NCBI RefSeq assembly: GCF_006345805.1 | Contig: NC_042999.1 | Coordinates: forward strand, 155,496,001-155,560,000 | DNA: 64,000 bases | Reading direction: 5' to 3' | DNA from: Octopus sinensis | Taxonomy: Eukaryota | Shown: positions 40,122 through 53,584 of the stretch, piece by piece | How positions within the stretch are numbered: position 1 is the stretch's first letter | How the letters are laid out: every line of letters begins with the position of its first letter | Program-made: the position numbers and the translations under genes | Notes under the pieces: model-generated | Database searches by the model: none | Told to the model about the DNA's origin: nothing | What the model saw: the letters and a program-made list of their open reading frames with translations, nothing else

Positions 40122-40496
40122 TATTTTCAAATAAAATTAAAAAAATAAGTAAAAACTAATTATCGTCAAGCATCTAGAAATATATCTTTATGATGCTGTA
40201 ATGCTTTTGTCTAAGAACTTGTAACTTTTGCGTTCTTTTGATAACCGAGTATCTTAAGGTGTGTGGGTACTCCGCCTTTACTTAAACCGGATATCGAGCT
40301 GTGATACTATTTGTTGAATAAACTCTAGGTGTACAGATATCTTATCGTTCCTTTTGAAGATCAAGGACGGTGTTACATACTTCACAAAGTAGGCGGTCGC
40401 CGGAGGCGCTAGAAACAGGTGCGTCCCACAATAGCTTACACAAAATTTCTTAATCTAATTAAAATCTCGCAAAGAGAGTAGATGAAGTCATTAATA

Positions 40497-40950
40497 GGCG
40501 GCGAGCTGGCAGAAACGTTAGCACGCCGGGCGAAATGCTTAGCGGTATTTCGTCTGCTTAGCAGTATTTCGTCTGCTACGTTCTGAGTTCAAATTCCGCC
40601 GAGGTCGACTTTGCCTTTCATCTTTTCGGTGTCGATTAAATAAGTACCAGTTACGCACTGGGGTCGATATAATCGACTTAATCCGTTTGTCTGTCCTTGT
40701 TTGCCCTCTCCGTGTTTAACCCTTTGTAGGTAGTAAAGAAATAGGTATTTCGTCTGTCTCTACGTTCTGCGTTCAAATTCCGCCGAGGTCGACTTTGCCT
40801 TTCATCCTTTCATGGTCGATAAATTAAGTACCAGTTACGTACTGGGGTCAATCTAATCGACTGGCCTTTTCGTGGTTGATAAAACAAAATACCAGTCAAC
40901 TACCGAGAGTGGGGTTCAATGTAATCGACTCCCCCCCTTCAAAATTACTG
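40497..40950 (+). mobile_element. SINE family B dimer plus tail fragment
   Basis: Same junction at ~40733-40757. Confidence 0.88.
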
Positions 40951-41132
40951 GCTTTCAACCCCGCGTAGGACCGTCGACTCGTTCAGGAGGAACGGTGTCA
41001 CCTCAGCCCCTTACACGCCATGAAATTGGAAGCCTCCTTATAAGTCCTGGGACTCAAGGAAAAAAAAAATACACGATCTTAAAACTACAAATTTCTTGTT
41101 TATTCTTTAAAAATATTTCTATTGTATTTAAG

Positions 41133-41296
41133 GTGCAGGAGTGGCTGTGTAGTAAGTAGCTTGCTTACCAACCACACGGTTCAGGGTTCAGTCCCACTGC
41201 GTGGCCCCTTGAGCAAGAGTTATCTAATATAGCTTCGGGCCGACCAAAGCCTTGTGAGTGGATTTGGTAGACGGAAACTGAAAGAAGCCTGTCGTA

Positions 41297-41381
<85 letters not shown>

Positions 41382-41592
41382 GTGTATATGTTGTGTGTCT
41401 GTGTTTGTCCCCCCAACATCGCTTGACAACCGATCCTGGTGTGTTCACGTCCCCGTAACTTAGCGGTTCGGCAAAAGAGACCATTAGAATAAGTACTAGG
41501 CTTACAAAAAATAAGTCCTGGGGTCGATTTGCTCGACTAAAGGCGGTGCGCCAGCATGGCCACGGTTACATGACTGAAACAAGTAAAAGAGG
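41133..41592 (+). mobile_element. SINE family A, full length
   Basis: Intact head, long internal (TA)n and 3' module. Confidence 0.9.
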
Positions 41593-42638
41593 TGATGAAG
41601 TGCATAAAGAGTATTCACATTAAATCAGTCGATGAGCGTATTTTAATACATCAACTCATAGCTTGTGAGGAACCGCCACTAGAAACACGGGATCAATTTC
41701 TTCAAGTCTTAAGACTTTTGGCATGAGTTCAGCTTCCAAGGGTGTGTCGCTTAAAAAATTGTTTAATAGATACTTGACACACTATACTCAAAAATAAAAC
41801 GTTCCACTTAAAAGCAACAGCATTCTCACAAACCATAACGTTAGACTCAGCTTTATAGAATGCTAACAGTTAATCAGAATATCCTTTTAAATGCTATTAC
41901 AGTTGCAAAGAAAAATGCAGTCAGAATCTGAGCAAGCTATTTCAGCTGTTGCTTCTCATAGTATATTTGTTTTAGTTTTCTTTCGTTTGGAGTATAGACA
42001 TAGCTACAGAAAATACCCATCAAGATATGTCATATCGCAAGTGTGAGATAAAAACGGCCGTGTTTTTTCATGTTTATAAATCACGTGATGACTCTACAGG
42101 ACGCCATTATAAAGCAGACGATAAACCAATCTCGAACGTATGAATCTCTTCAACTCTGTTAAGTTTTTCAGCTTTAATGAGACAGTCATTTATCCTCGTG
42201 CGTTTGTTTATTTTGTAATTAACTTTCAATCAACACACATTTCAGTTGACAGCGGAAGCATGAAGAACTTTATCAGAGCTGATATCAAATAGCCAAATGA
42301 TTTAGTTATTTAGTAGTGTAATAAGTCACACTTCTAATTTTGTGTTAAATCTTGGTACAAAATTTTTTCCCTTTATAATTTTATATTTGCCCGTTTATAA
42401 GTGGCACCCAGGCTTTTTGCTTCCCACTTAAAATCAAGAATAGAATAGTGCGACTTATAAACGAGTAAATACGAGTAAATACGATAGCTTTTATTTAGGA
42501 AACGTTGGGATGTCGTTACCCTGGTTTAGTTCTTGAAACACACGAATCCATCCATCCATCCGTCCGTCCGTCCGTCCGTCCGTCCGTCCATCCATCCATC
42601 CATCCATCCATACATCCATACATACATACATACATACA

Positions 42639-42671
<33 letters not shown>

Positions 42672-43434
42672 TATATATATATAATTGAAACTCGTTACTT
42701 TGTAAAGTTGTACAAATCATCACACACTGTCTTCATTTGGAAGTTGTACGAACTCAGAGTTTCATGTCTCAGCAATCTCCAGAAGCTTTTTAGTCCAATG
42801 GCCTCGGAAAGGGCTTGTCTGAATAATTTGATTCTTTTTGCCCTTCACTAATTTAACTCCAAACGCAATATCTATTGCTACATCTGTTCGAATGTATTCT
42901 ATGGATTCTTAAAAATTCAAAAAACAAGAGTTAAACTACCCAATCAAAGAAGACATCTTGGAGCTGAATAACTTCCCTTCGAGAGTGGTGCCAGAAAGTT
43001 AAAAAAACAAAAAAAGCCCTACGAATCAAAAATCTCAAACGACGCCTTATGATTGGTTGGTTTCTCAACATTTACCAAGGCTTAAACTCAGTGATGCTTT
43101 CCCTACCTCTGCCATAAATATGTTAATTCATGTTGTATCGCGGTGTTATTTTCATATCGTTTCTCTTATACTTGTTTCGCTCATTAGACTGCAGCCATGC
43201 GAGGGAACCGCTTTAAAGAAGTTTAGTCGAATGAATCAGCCCCAGTACTTTATATTTTAAAAGCTTGGTACTTATTCTAGCGGACTGTTTTGTCGAACCG
43301 CTTAGTTACTGGGGCGTAAACAAAGCCAACACCAGTTTTCGAGCGGTGGGGTGGACAAACACAGACACAAAGAAATATGCATACACGGATCAAAAGAATA
43401 GGAGAGAGGCAGAGATATCACAAATAATTATATA

Positions 43435-43853
43435 GGCGTAGGAGTGGCTGTGTGGTAAGTAGCTTGCTTACCAACCACATGGTTTCGGGCACAGTCCCAC
43501 TGTGTGACACCTTGCGCAAGTGTCTTCTGCTATAGCCTCGGGCCGACCAAAGCCTTGTGAGTGGATTTGGTAGACGGAAACTAAAAGAAGGCCGTCGCAT
43601 ATATGTATATGTATACATGTATGTATGTGTGTGTGCATATTTTTGTGTGTCTGTGTTTGTCTCCCCAACATCGCTTGACAACCGATGCTGGTGTGTTTAC
43701 GTCCTCGTAACTCAGCGGTTCGGCTAAAGAGACCGATAGAATTAGTACTAGGCTTACAAAGAATAAGTGCTGGTGTCGATTTGCTCGACTAAAGGTGGTG
43801 CTCCAGCATGGCCGCAGTCAAATGACTGAAACAAGTAAAAGAGTAAAAGAGTA
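43435..43853 (+). mobile_element. SINE family A, full length
   Basis: Intact head to AAGTAAAAGAGTAAAAGAGTA tail. Confidence 0.9.
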
Positions 43854-43910
43854 TATGAACACGATTGATAGAAACACTTTTACCTTCTTCATACACAAAG
43901 ACATATACTC

Positions 43911-43989
<79 letters not shown>

Positions 43990-44154
43990 AGGAGTGAGAA
44001 AGAAGGAGAGAAATCTTAAAACGTCGGAGCTCAAATGGGCGGCGCCAAAACGACTGCGCCAAATCGTTTCAAACTTCTCTTTCACGCCTTTGCACTACTT
44101 CTAGGGACCCCTGATATTTCTAATCTGATAAACACATTACTTATAGACTTTCAG

Positions 44155-44232
44155 GCAATTTAAATACAATTATTTGAAATTCCTGCGCGCACTGGGCTGT
44201 GACAATGACTCGGCGAACACATTCTTTTGCAG
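44155..44232 (+). CDS. Candidate isolated coding exon (78 nt, phase 2-2), product unknown
   Basis: Acceptor ACTTTCAG|, donor CAG|GTAACA, one open frame QFKYNYLKFLRALGCDNDSANTFFC, non-repetitive context. No homologue recognised. Confidence 0.35.
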
Positions 44233-44535
44233 GTAACATCTGATAAAAGCAAAATTGTGTCATTTAAGCCGACGTTCACCCCAAACCGTATACACCACCC
44301 CCATGCTGCGGCATTTTTTTAGTGTGTCATGTCACCACCGTATATATATCTTTTGTCTTTTACTTGTTTCAGGCATTGCCATACGGCCAGGCTGGGGCAC
44401 CACTTTGATGGGCCGTACTTATTCTTTTTAAGTCTAGTACATATCTTAATCAGTGCGTGTAAGTGTATAGATGTATGAATTGTGTATAAAAACATGTGTG
44501 AGTTTGTGTGTGTATATATATGTATGTATGTATAG

Positions 44536-44568
<33 letters not shown>

Positions 44569-44707
44569 TATATATATACATATACATATATATATATAAT
44601 AAATAATTTATTTGCATATATATATATATATTATATATTATATATATATATATATATATTATATAATAAATAAATAATTTATTTGCATATATATATATAA
44701 TATATAT

Positions 44708-44754
<47 letters not shown>

Positions 44755-44755
44755 T

Positions 44756-45141
44756 TCCTTCTACTTGTTTCAGTCATTTGACTGCGGCTATATGCTGGAG
44801 CACCGCCTTTACTCGAGCAAATCGACCCCAGGACTTATTCTTTGTAAGCCCAGTGCTTATTCTATCGGTCTCTTTTGCCGAGCCGTTAAGTGACGGGAAA
44901 GTAAACACACCAGTATCGGTTGTCAAGCGATGTTGGGGTGACAAACACAGACGCACAAGCATACACACACACATACATATACATATATATACATATATCC
45001 AACGAGCTTCTTTCAGTTTCCGTCTACCAAATCCATTCACAAGGCTTTGGTCGGCCCGAGGCTATAGTGGAAGACACTTGCCCAACGTGCCATGCAGTGG
45101 GACTGAACCCAGAACCATGTGGTTGGTAAGCAGGCTACTTA
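44756..45141 (-). mobile_element. SINE family A, near full length
   Basis: Both modules; extreme 5' end truncated. Confidence 0.88.
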
Positions 45142-45349
45142 CATGCATATATGCATATATACTTATATGCATATATGCATATATGAGTACAGGGCATCAC
45201 CAAAGGTGCAAAAACATGAAATACGTAAACAATGGGAGAAAAATATTGAAAATAGGACAAGTAAACACAGAGAAAGGACCCTTCATTAGTTGCTGTCTGT
45301 CTACTCTTCGTATAACTCTGTGTGTACATACATACATACATATATACAT

Positions 45350-45396
<47 letters not shown>

Positions 45397-46022
45397 TACA
45401 TACATACATACATACATACGTACATACATACATACATACATACATACATGCATTACAAATTCTGAACAAAACTTAAATTTGAAAGTTTCCCTCTGAAAAA
45501 AAATTTTCCCAAGTCTATTTTCTCAATTTTCGTCTTTCATATTTGAGCCGAAATAATCCAGGTAGGAATTTCGTTCTGTTTTAACAACCAAGTTATTTAC
45601 TTTTACATCCAGCAACCCCCTTTCTGATTCGCTACCGGATATTGTGTCAAGAAAGTTGAATTCCTGGCACAAGATCTATCACAACCCCCTTCTACTACCC
45701 GCCATTAGGGTGTAGGAAGGAAAGCGTTATGGCGGCATAACCCGAAACCTAGAACATTCCATCAGATAAACTAGCCTTGCTCATTCACATCCGTTGTTAT
45801 AAAACTATTAACCTTATTCCTTCAGAGTTTTTATTTCTTTTCTTCCACACATCTACTTCTTGTAATTTTCTGTTTTTTTTTTCTTTTTTGTTGTTTTGTT
45901 TGTTTTTCGTTTATGCATTTTTTTATTACATGGCATCAGTTTTGACATCTTTTATGGTGAAAGAACAACCTACTTTGCTTCCTGCCTATTGTGAGTGTTG
46001 AAAGAGAACATAAGAAACATAA

Positions 46023-46110
<88 letters not shown>

Positions 46111-46283
46111 CATACATACATAAAATAAAATACAAAATGGGACAAGAACGCAAAACATCCGGACAACTAGGTGATACAAAAAGGGACAAGAAAACATCCA
46201 GATAGACGATACAAAAAAAACACGGACGGGCCATTCGAAGCTTTTATCTTCAGTCAAGAACCGGATCATCCTTGCAATTTTGG

Positions 46284-46328
<45 letters not shown>

Positions 46329-46379
46329 TATGTAGTGTGTGTGTGTGTAATGTTGTGTGTGGTGTGTGTGTGTGTGTGT

Positions 46380-46429
<50 letters not shown>

Positions 46430-46515
46430 GGAGAGTTCACGAAAAAGATAAAAGACGAAGACAGGTGGTGTACAAAACAAACAGATTATTAGTATAACGC
46501 CCAGGATAGAAAAAA

Positions 46516-46552
46516 TCTTTTACGTTTCGAGCCTACGCTCTTCTCCAGAAAG

Positions 46553-46553
<1 letters not shown>
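46516..46553 (-). ncRNA. Minimal type I hammerhead-ribozyme-like motif (non-canonical core)
   Basis: TCTTT-CTGGAGA-A-GAGC(GTAG)GCTC-GAAA-CGT-A-AAAGA: 5-bp stem I, 4-bp stem II, palindromic ACGT stem III and GUA triplet. Core position 6 is G instead of A. Confidence 0.45.
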
Positions 46554-46602
<49 letters not shown>

Positions 46603-47362
46603 CGGGTCTGATCAATAAGTATACGGACTGTTGCTATAGTAACGAAGATGTATTCGCGTGGAAAGTGATTGGATGCGAGACCGTGTGTTGAATCGAAAAC
46701 AGCTAAAGTGTGGATGACACATATTAGCCATTGAAAAAACCACAAAAAACTGTTCAATTTTAGTCAAACATTTATCATTTAGTGTCAAAATTTTCGTTAC
46801 ACAAATTGTGACTTGGTAACTGACACAGATCCACTGCAAGTGGTTTGAGGCGACACCTGCTGGTTGTACACGACCCTCCGCAAATTCCAAATTTTATGTA
46901 ATTTGCTTTGCGGGAGGAACTGTTTTGACGAAGACGCATCTTGTCCTAATGATCGAAATGCGAAGTAGATAAAACAGTGGGCAGCTGATGAAGGGATTGT
47001 TCTTTATGTTGTCTGTCTTGTTTTTCTATTTGTTTCTTTCGTTGTTCGCTGGCCAAAAGGCACCCGGCAGTAAATCAAAATTCCTTAGATACTATCTGTA
47101 ATTCTGTATTGACTCGAATGGAAAAATGTGTCGCTCAAGAAAGTCTTCAGTTTGAACAATTTCCGTGATGTTTCATATTTAGATGCTTTTATTAAATTCA
47201 TTCAGTTGTTAAACATAAATAAATCTTGGAATTAAATGGTTTTTGATTTATTGTCAGGTGACTTTTGGCCAACCCTGTGTGTATTACTTTTTTATTTTGT
47301 ATTATAGTATAATTATCATTGTATAGAAGTATATATATATATATATATATAATATATATAAT

Positions 47363-47441
<79 letters not shown>

Positions 47442-47707
47442 TATATAAGATACGTTTCGGGCCTACGCTCTTCGACGGAAAGGATTGAAAGTAGAGGAGG
47501 AGGAACAACGAAAATAGAACGAAAAATCCGAGGTGTGTGTGTGTTTGTGTGTGTGTGTGATGGAAATGGGGTTACACAAAAGAAACAACATACTCCTTTA
47601 TATTTGATGTGGGTGCTCAGAGGGCATTTTCTGCAACTCTGTATCCATCCTCAGGTTCTTGGACCTGAGTGTAATCTCAGTTTATGAAATCTACTTCTAT
47701 CAATATA

Positions 47708-47743
<36 letters not shown>

Positions 47744-48589
47744 CGTGACCCAATGATTCAATGTTTTAGGTAGACTATCCAAATCAGTTCTGACCTATGA
47801 TCAAAAGGCTTTCCAAATGTGACCACCCCATCTTTTATTAACACAGTATATCTAGAAATACATTATTCAATGTATCGTTCACTTGTTAAGGCAACTGGGA
47901 GTGTAACTTGACGGTTATAAATATGGCTGCATATTCTTGTGTGGCGAGCAACCATGTAGAGACTTCCTCATTGAATGACAGGAAATCAAGGCATTATTTC
48001 AGACTAATGGTCTTATCTTTTCTCTTTACATCTCGCACAATTCTGTAGGTGCATGTATAATTAAATCATATACACCTATTGACCCCGTATACAGAATAAT
48101 AAGAATACCTTGAAAAGGTAGGGGTTGGGTACAAAACTGAGATTTTCGTTTCCTTTTATGGTAAAGACGTCAGGTTTGTTTTGGATAAATCGTAAGTTTT
48201 CCCAAACCACTGAGAAACTCACACGACCCGAATAAGAATGAATTATATTTCTCAGAGACAGTGTTGCTGTTGCTCTTACTGTTGTTGTTGTTGCTGTTGA
48301 TGTTGTTGTTGCTTGGCTCCAGGCTCTGATCAAACAGACTTTATAGTCAAAGGCACGTTTCCAACCTGAATCCTATCTTTTGTTTGAGAGCTAGAACAAC
48401 ATCAATGGCTCGAGTGGCAGTGTTTTTTATGGACTTCTGATAGAATTCCTTGTGGTAATTGTTTTTGCTGCCTGGGTCCTTAATTTCCCAAGGCTATTTA
48501 AGGGCCGGTGTCTTACACATACATCCTTGTGATAGGAAGTCAATCTATTTCAAAGTAACATTTCAAATTGGTATCTGGAACACTACGGC

Positions 48590-49345
48590 AACAATAACAA
48601 CTACAACAAGACGAAAGCCATCACCACTGCTGCCACCATCATCACCACTATCATTGTCGATGCCACCAACGCAGCCACTACCACCACCATCACCACCGCC
48701 ACAAACACCACCACCACCACCACCACCACCACCACCACCCACTACCACCGCCGCCGCCACCACACCCACCACCACCACCACCACCACCACCACCACCACC
48801 GCCGCCGCCGCCGCTCCGCCCACCACCACCACCACCACCACCACAACCGTCGCCGCCGCGCCGCCACCACCACCACCACCACCACCACCACCACTACACC
48901 GCCGCCGCTGCCCGCCACCACCACCACCCACCACCACCCCACCGCCGCCGCCGCCGACCACCACCACCCCACCACCACAACCGTCGCCGCCGCGCCACAC
49001 CACCACCACCGCCGCCTACCACCGCCACCACCGCCACCACCGCGCCGCCATCGCCGCCGCCACCGCCGCCCACGCCGCCACCGCCGCCACCGCCGCCACT
49101 GCCGCCGTCAACAACAACTACAACTTCAAATGTTTCAGAAATAACTTGGAATCTACTTTTGTGTCATGCCTACCGTCACAACCATCACCAACAGCAGCAG
49201 CACCACTCCACATCACTACCCCACTCCACATCATCACCCCACACCTCCACCGTCACCTCTATCACAAACACCACCACCTTCACCGCCGCATCCATCACCT
49301 CCGCCATCACCATCGCCGTCACCATCACTCCACCCCGCACCATTA
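48590..49345. repeat. GC-rich (CCA/CCG)n trinucleotide tract
   Basis: Long imperfect CCA/CCG/CAC repeats; gives the low-complexity Pro/Thr/His ORF. Confidence 0.9.
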
Positions 49346-49619
49346 CTAATCACTCCGGCTTGGCTTCTAAAAAAGAATCAAAGAATTCGTGTGAAGATTT
49401 TGTCGAGACACAGACACAGGAAATTGAATGCAGGTGTCGCTGCGTAACCAACAGACCGAACCCAAAAGCCCCACTTTCAATGCTCCTATTTATTTTATCT
49501 TCCAGCTTTTCCTATTTCCAAAATTGGATTTAGCAAAAACCCTGCTGGGTGTCTAAATTAGAGTCTTAGTTTTCACACAACGGCGTTTCTCCCCTAAATA
49601 AAGAAACTAAAATATATTT

Positions 49620-50012
49620 TTTTATTGCCCACAGGGGGCTAAATATAGAAGGGACAAACAAGGGGATTAAGTCGATTATATCGACCTCAGTGCGTAACTG
49701 GTACTTATTTAATCGACCCCAAAAGGATGAAAGGCGAAGTCGACCTCGGCGGAATTTGAACTCAGAACGTAACGGCAGACGAAATACCTATTTCTTTACT
49801 GCCCACAAGAGGCTACACACTGAGGGGACAAACAAGGACAGACAAACGGATTAAGTCGATTATATTGACCCCAGTGCGTAACTGGTACTTATTTAACCGA
49901 TCCCGAAAGGATGAAAAGCAAAGTCGACCTCGGCGGAATTTGAACTCAGATCGTAACGGCTGACGAAATACCGCTAGGCATTTCGCCCGGTGTGCTAACG
50001 TTTCTGCCAGCT
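49620..50012 (-). mobile_element. SINE family B dimer
   Basis: Junction at ~49783-49800. Confidence 0.88.
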
Positions 50013-50232
50013 GAGTGGTAAGAAGTTTGCTTTCCAAGCACAATGCTTCCAAAATGCGTAAAATCTTGGCCAAGTGTCCCCCACTATATAGTGTCGGGTC
50101 GACCAAGGCTTTTTGAATGCATTTGGTAGATGGAAGAAGCCCGTCGTGTGTGTATGTGCGGTGTGTGTGTAATATATATATGTATATATATATATATATT
50201 ATATATATATATTATAATATATATTATAGATA

Positions 50233-50285
<53 letters not shown>

Positions 50286-50830
50286 TGTTATTATATATAA
50301 TATATATATGTATATAGATATGTATATATTATATATATATATATATATTCTATATATATTATATATAGGAAAAAAAGTCATGGTAGAAAATGCATTAAAA
50401 TAATTTATAAAAAATAATTTCCGTACCGGTTTCGGTCATTGAGACTTTTTAAACGGTAATTATGGAAAACAATAAAATTTTTAAAATAAATGAAAAAGTT
50501 TTTAAAAAGAATATTTGGATAGATTCAAATACAAGGGACACGTTCCTTGTTTCTGCCTGTCTTTGTCTCTCTTGTTTACTCTTGTGGGTTCGAGGTCGTT
50601 GTGAATTCTGGCAGAGAAGAAGAAATGTATATATATATAGGTGCAGGAGTGGCTGTGTGGTAAGGAGCTTGCTTACCAACCACATGGCTCCGGTTCAGAC
50701 CACTGCGTTGGCACCTGGGCAAGTGTTTTCTACTATAGCATCGAGCCGACCAAAGCCTTCTAAGGGAGATTGGTAGACGGGAACTGAAAGAAGCCTGCTC
50801 ATAATTATATATATATATATATATATATAT

Positions 50831-50862
<32 letters not shown>

Positions 50863-50883
50863 ATATATATATATATATAATAC

Positions 50884-51273
50884 TAAGCAATAAAGGGTTA
50901 GCAACGAATTGCCTTACCACATACCGAATTTAGAAATAGCAGTCAAAGAGTTATAGTATTTCTTCTACTAAAAGGAGAGATCTCAGTAAAAAACAGCAAT
51001 TGGAAGGCAGACACAAACAGGTAAGAGAGAATGAATTGACGGCAATCTATCATACAATTTAAGTTATCTACGGAAGTACGTTTCGAAACGTAAGTCCGTA
51101 GATAACTTAAAATTGTATGATAATTGCCGTCAATTCATTCTCTCTTACTGTTGTGTCGCCTTCCAATTGTGTTTTACTGAGATCTCCCTTTTAGTAGAAG
51201 AAATAGCTAACCTTGATGCTATTTCTTAATCGGTATGTGGTAGGCAATTCGTTGCTAAACCCTTTATTGCTTA
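50884..51273. repeat. Spacer-less palindrome, ~195-bp arms
   Basis: Centre TACGTTTC|GAAACGTA at 51084/51085. Arms align to TAAGCAATAAAGGGTT / AACCCTTTATTGCTTA with mostly 1-2-nt indels; abuts (TA)n on the left. Confidence 0.9.
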
Positions 51274-51526
51274 TATTACTTAAATTTTCCTCGAATGAGG
51301 CTTTTACATGCCGAAGACTACTTGGTGTAATTGATAAATTATTCAAATTAATTAATTTCACCCTTCATGATATACGGATATATTATATATATTATATAAT
51401 ACACATCTAATATGGATAGAATTTTTCGAAAAAAAATTCTATCAATGCGCCAGCATATTAAAAAAGACTTTAAAGGTTAAACTTTATATAACAATTATAA
51501 GTAAGGCTTGCCTTACTTATAAATGT

Positions 51527-51566
<40 letters not shown>

Positions 51567-52401
51567 TATGATGTTGTGTGTGTGATTGTGTGTCTGTGTT
51601 TGTCCTCCCATCATCACATGACAACCGATGCTGGTGTGTTTACGACCCCGTAATTAGTGCCAGCGTAAAAAGAGACCGATAGAATAAGTCCTGGGGTCGA
51701 TTTGTTCGACTAAAGACAGGCCCCAGGAATGGCCGTAGTCTAATGACTGAAACAAATAAAAAGATACATATATGAGAGGGAAATCTTTAGCTTAGTTTAA
51801 CCCCACATCTGGCCCTTAGATATCTTCAAGAGAATCCACGGTTGCAAGAATTCGGACCAAGTCTTCTGCTTAAGGATAACTTAATTCGCACCTCTATCCC
51901 AGTCTCAGAGGTCATTGGTAGTTCCCTTTCATTCAGTGACTGAAAATTGAAGTCTGTCTCGAGTCCTTGGACTCATTGAGATGGTTACCCTGTTTTCATG
52001 ACGTCTAAATGACCGAGATCGCAACATACCCGTGAGTGAACTGGACGCAAGTCCTTGCAGAGTATTCATTTAGAGCTGAGTGAACTGGAGCAAGTTGAAT
52101 AAAGTATTTTGCTCAAGAACACAATGCACCACTCGGTCTGGGAATCGAAACCACGACACCACGATCCAGCGAGTGTGAGTACAACAAACCTACTCGATAC
52201 GCAACGCACTTTACCCACTAATTAAAACTATTGATTACATATGATATAAAAATCATTAATGTAAATTCAAATTAATCACGAAATTAGCTCTGCATATTTT
52301 ACTAAAATCGTTGCTCAGATTGATCAAAAGTTTCAATTAACAGATCTTGTGGAGATTATCTCCCCATTTTATCAAAAATATATATTCTAGAAAAAGAGAG
52401 A

Positions 52402-52501
52402 NNNNNNNNNNNNNNNNNNNNNNNNNNNNNNNNNNNNNNNNNNNNNNNNNNNNNNNNNNNNNNNNNNNNNNNNNNNNNNNNNNNNNNNNNNNNNNNNNNN
52501 N
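52402..52501. other. Assembly gap (100 N)
   Basis: Run of exactly 100 N. Confidence 1.
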
Positions 52502-53584
52502 GGATTTCTAAGGCTCTTAACTTTACCATCTAGGACATCAGTGATGCACGTACAAGCCACAGTTTTCATCCTTTTTTCACATAAACGAAGCTCACTCACC
52601 CCTTCATGAGACACACCTCACCAAACCATGACTGAGGCAAGGTGATGGCTTCTTTGAACTTGGTGAATGACCTCAGAAACTTCCTTAGAGCTGTCAAGGC
52701 AGCAAGCTGGCAGAAACGTTAGCACACTGGGCAAAATGCTTGGCGGCATTTCATCTGCCATTACATTCTGAGTTCAAATTCCGCCAAGGTCGACTTTGCC
52801 TTTCATCCTTTCGGGGTCGATAAATTAAGTACCAGTTGTGCACTGGGGGTCGATGTAATTGACTTAATCCGTTTGTCTGTCCTTGTTTGTCCCCTCTATG
52901 TTTAGCCCCTTGTGGGCAATAAAGAAATAAGAAGCGTCCTTAGAGCTGTCATTTTGACGGTTATAGCATACCTGTATGGTGAAAATTTTCTCATCTGTGA
53001 AAAGGATGTTTCTGTGAGCACCACCTGCATGCCAGAGATGTTGTTTGGATCTTGTCACTCCGATCACTTCCAATGAAGGAGTTAACATATGTCCTGTACA
53101 TCCCCAGTTCTTCCCAGATTAATCTAGACATTGATCTGGGTGAAATTTCCATCTCACTAGCTATAATTTTATTGCTTCCTCAGGGGATTCCTTCGAATTC
53201 TGGCTCCAACAGCTTTGACCTTCTTGGGAGTACTCACAGTGCGAGAACAACCTTCCCTTGGAATGTCATTGAGAGTCTGATGATCTGCAAACCTCTTTAT
53301 GGTGCGATTCTCTTTACAGAACATTCTGCTAATTCTAAGTGGTACAAGCAGTTTGAAAATGATGGCCACATCATGACCTGCCTTGTAAAAACCAACAACA
53401 GTTATACGATTTTCTTTGATATTTCATTCCATTGTTAGATAGGAAAATTAGATCAGTTAAAACCTGAAATTCAATGCAGAAGTTTATTAGCTAATGACTG
53501 ATACAAAGGAAATGCATTTTAGGTGCAAAAACCTATGAAAGATTAAAGGAAAAAATTTGTAACCGTATTTATGGCTATACCTGG
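52502..53584 (-). mobile_element. maT/DD37D-like mariner remnant, interrupted by a SINE and running into the gap
   Basis: Minus-strand fragments SRTVSTPKKVKAVGARIRRNPLRKQ, ILFTDEKIFTIQVCYNRQND, and after the SINE SSKEVSEVIHQVQRSHHLASVMVW*GVSHEGVSELRLCEKRMKT. Probable TIR ends at 53584 before TA. Confidence 0.8.
52698..52936 (+). mobile_element. SINE family B monomer with 15-bp TSD, inserted in the mariner remnant
   Basis: TCCTTAGAGCTGTCA at 52682-52696 and 52937-52951. Confidence 0.92.

Noticed and set aside
46602-47278. Mariner/Tc1 TIR-like ends at ~46602 and ~47275 as one element
   Set aside because: The two ends are not reverse complements of each other and no transposase lies between them; probably unrelated remnants.
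48459-49349. 296-aa Pro/Thr/His-rich ORF (extensin/formin-like look)
   Set aside because: It coincides with the CCA/CCG repeat, has a TTG start and no domain, and overlapping frames are equally open.
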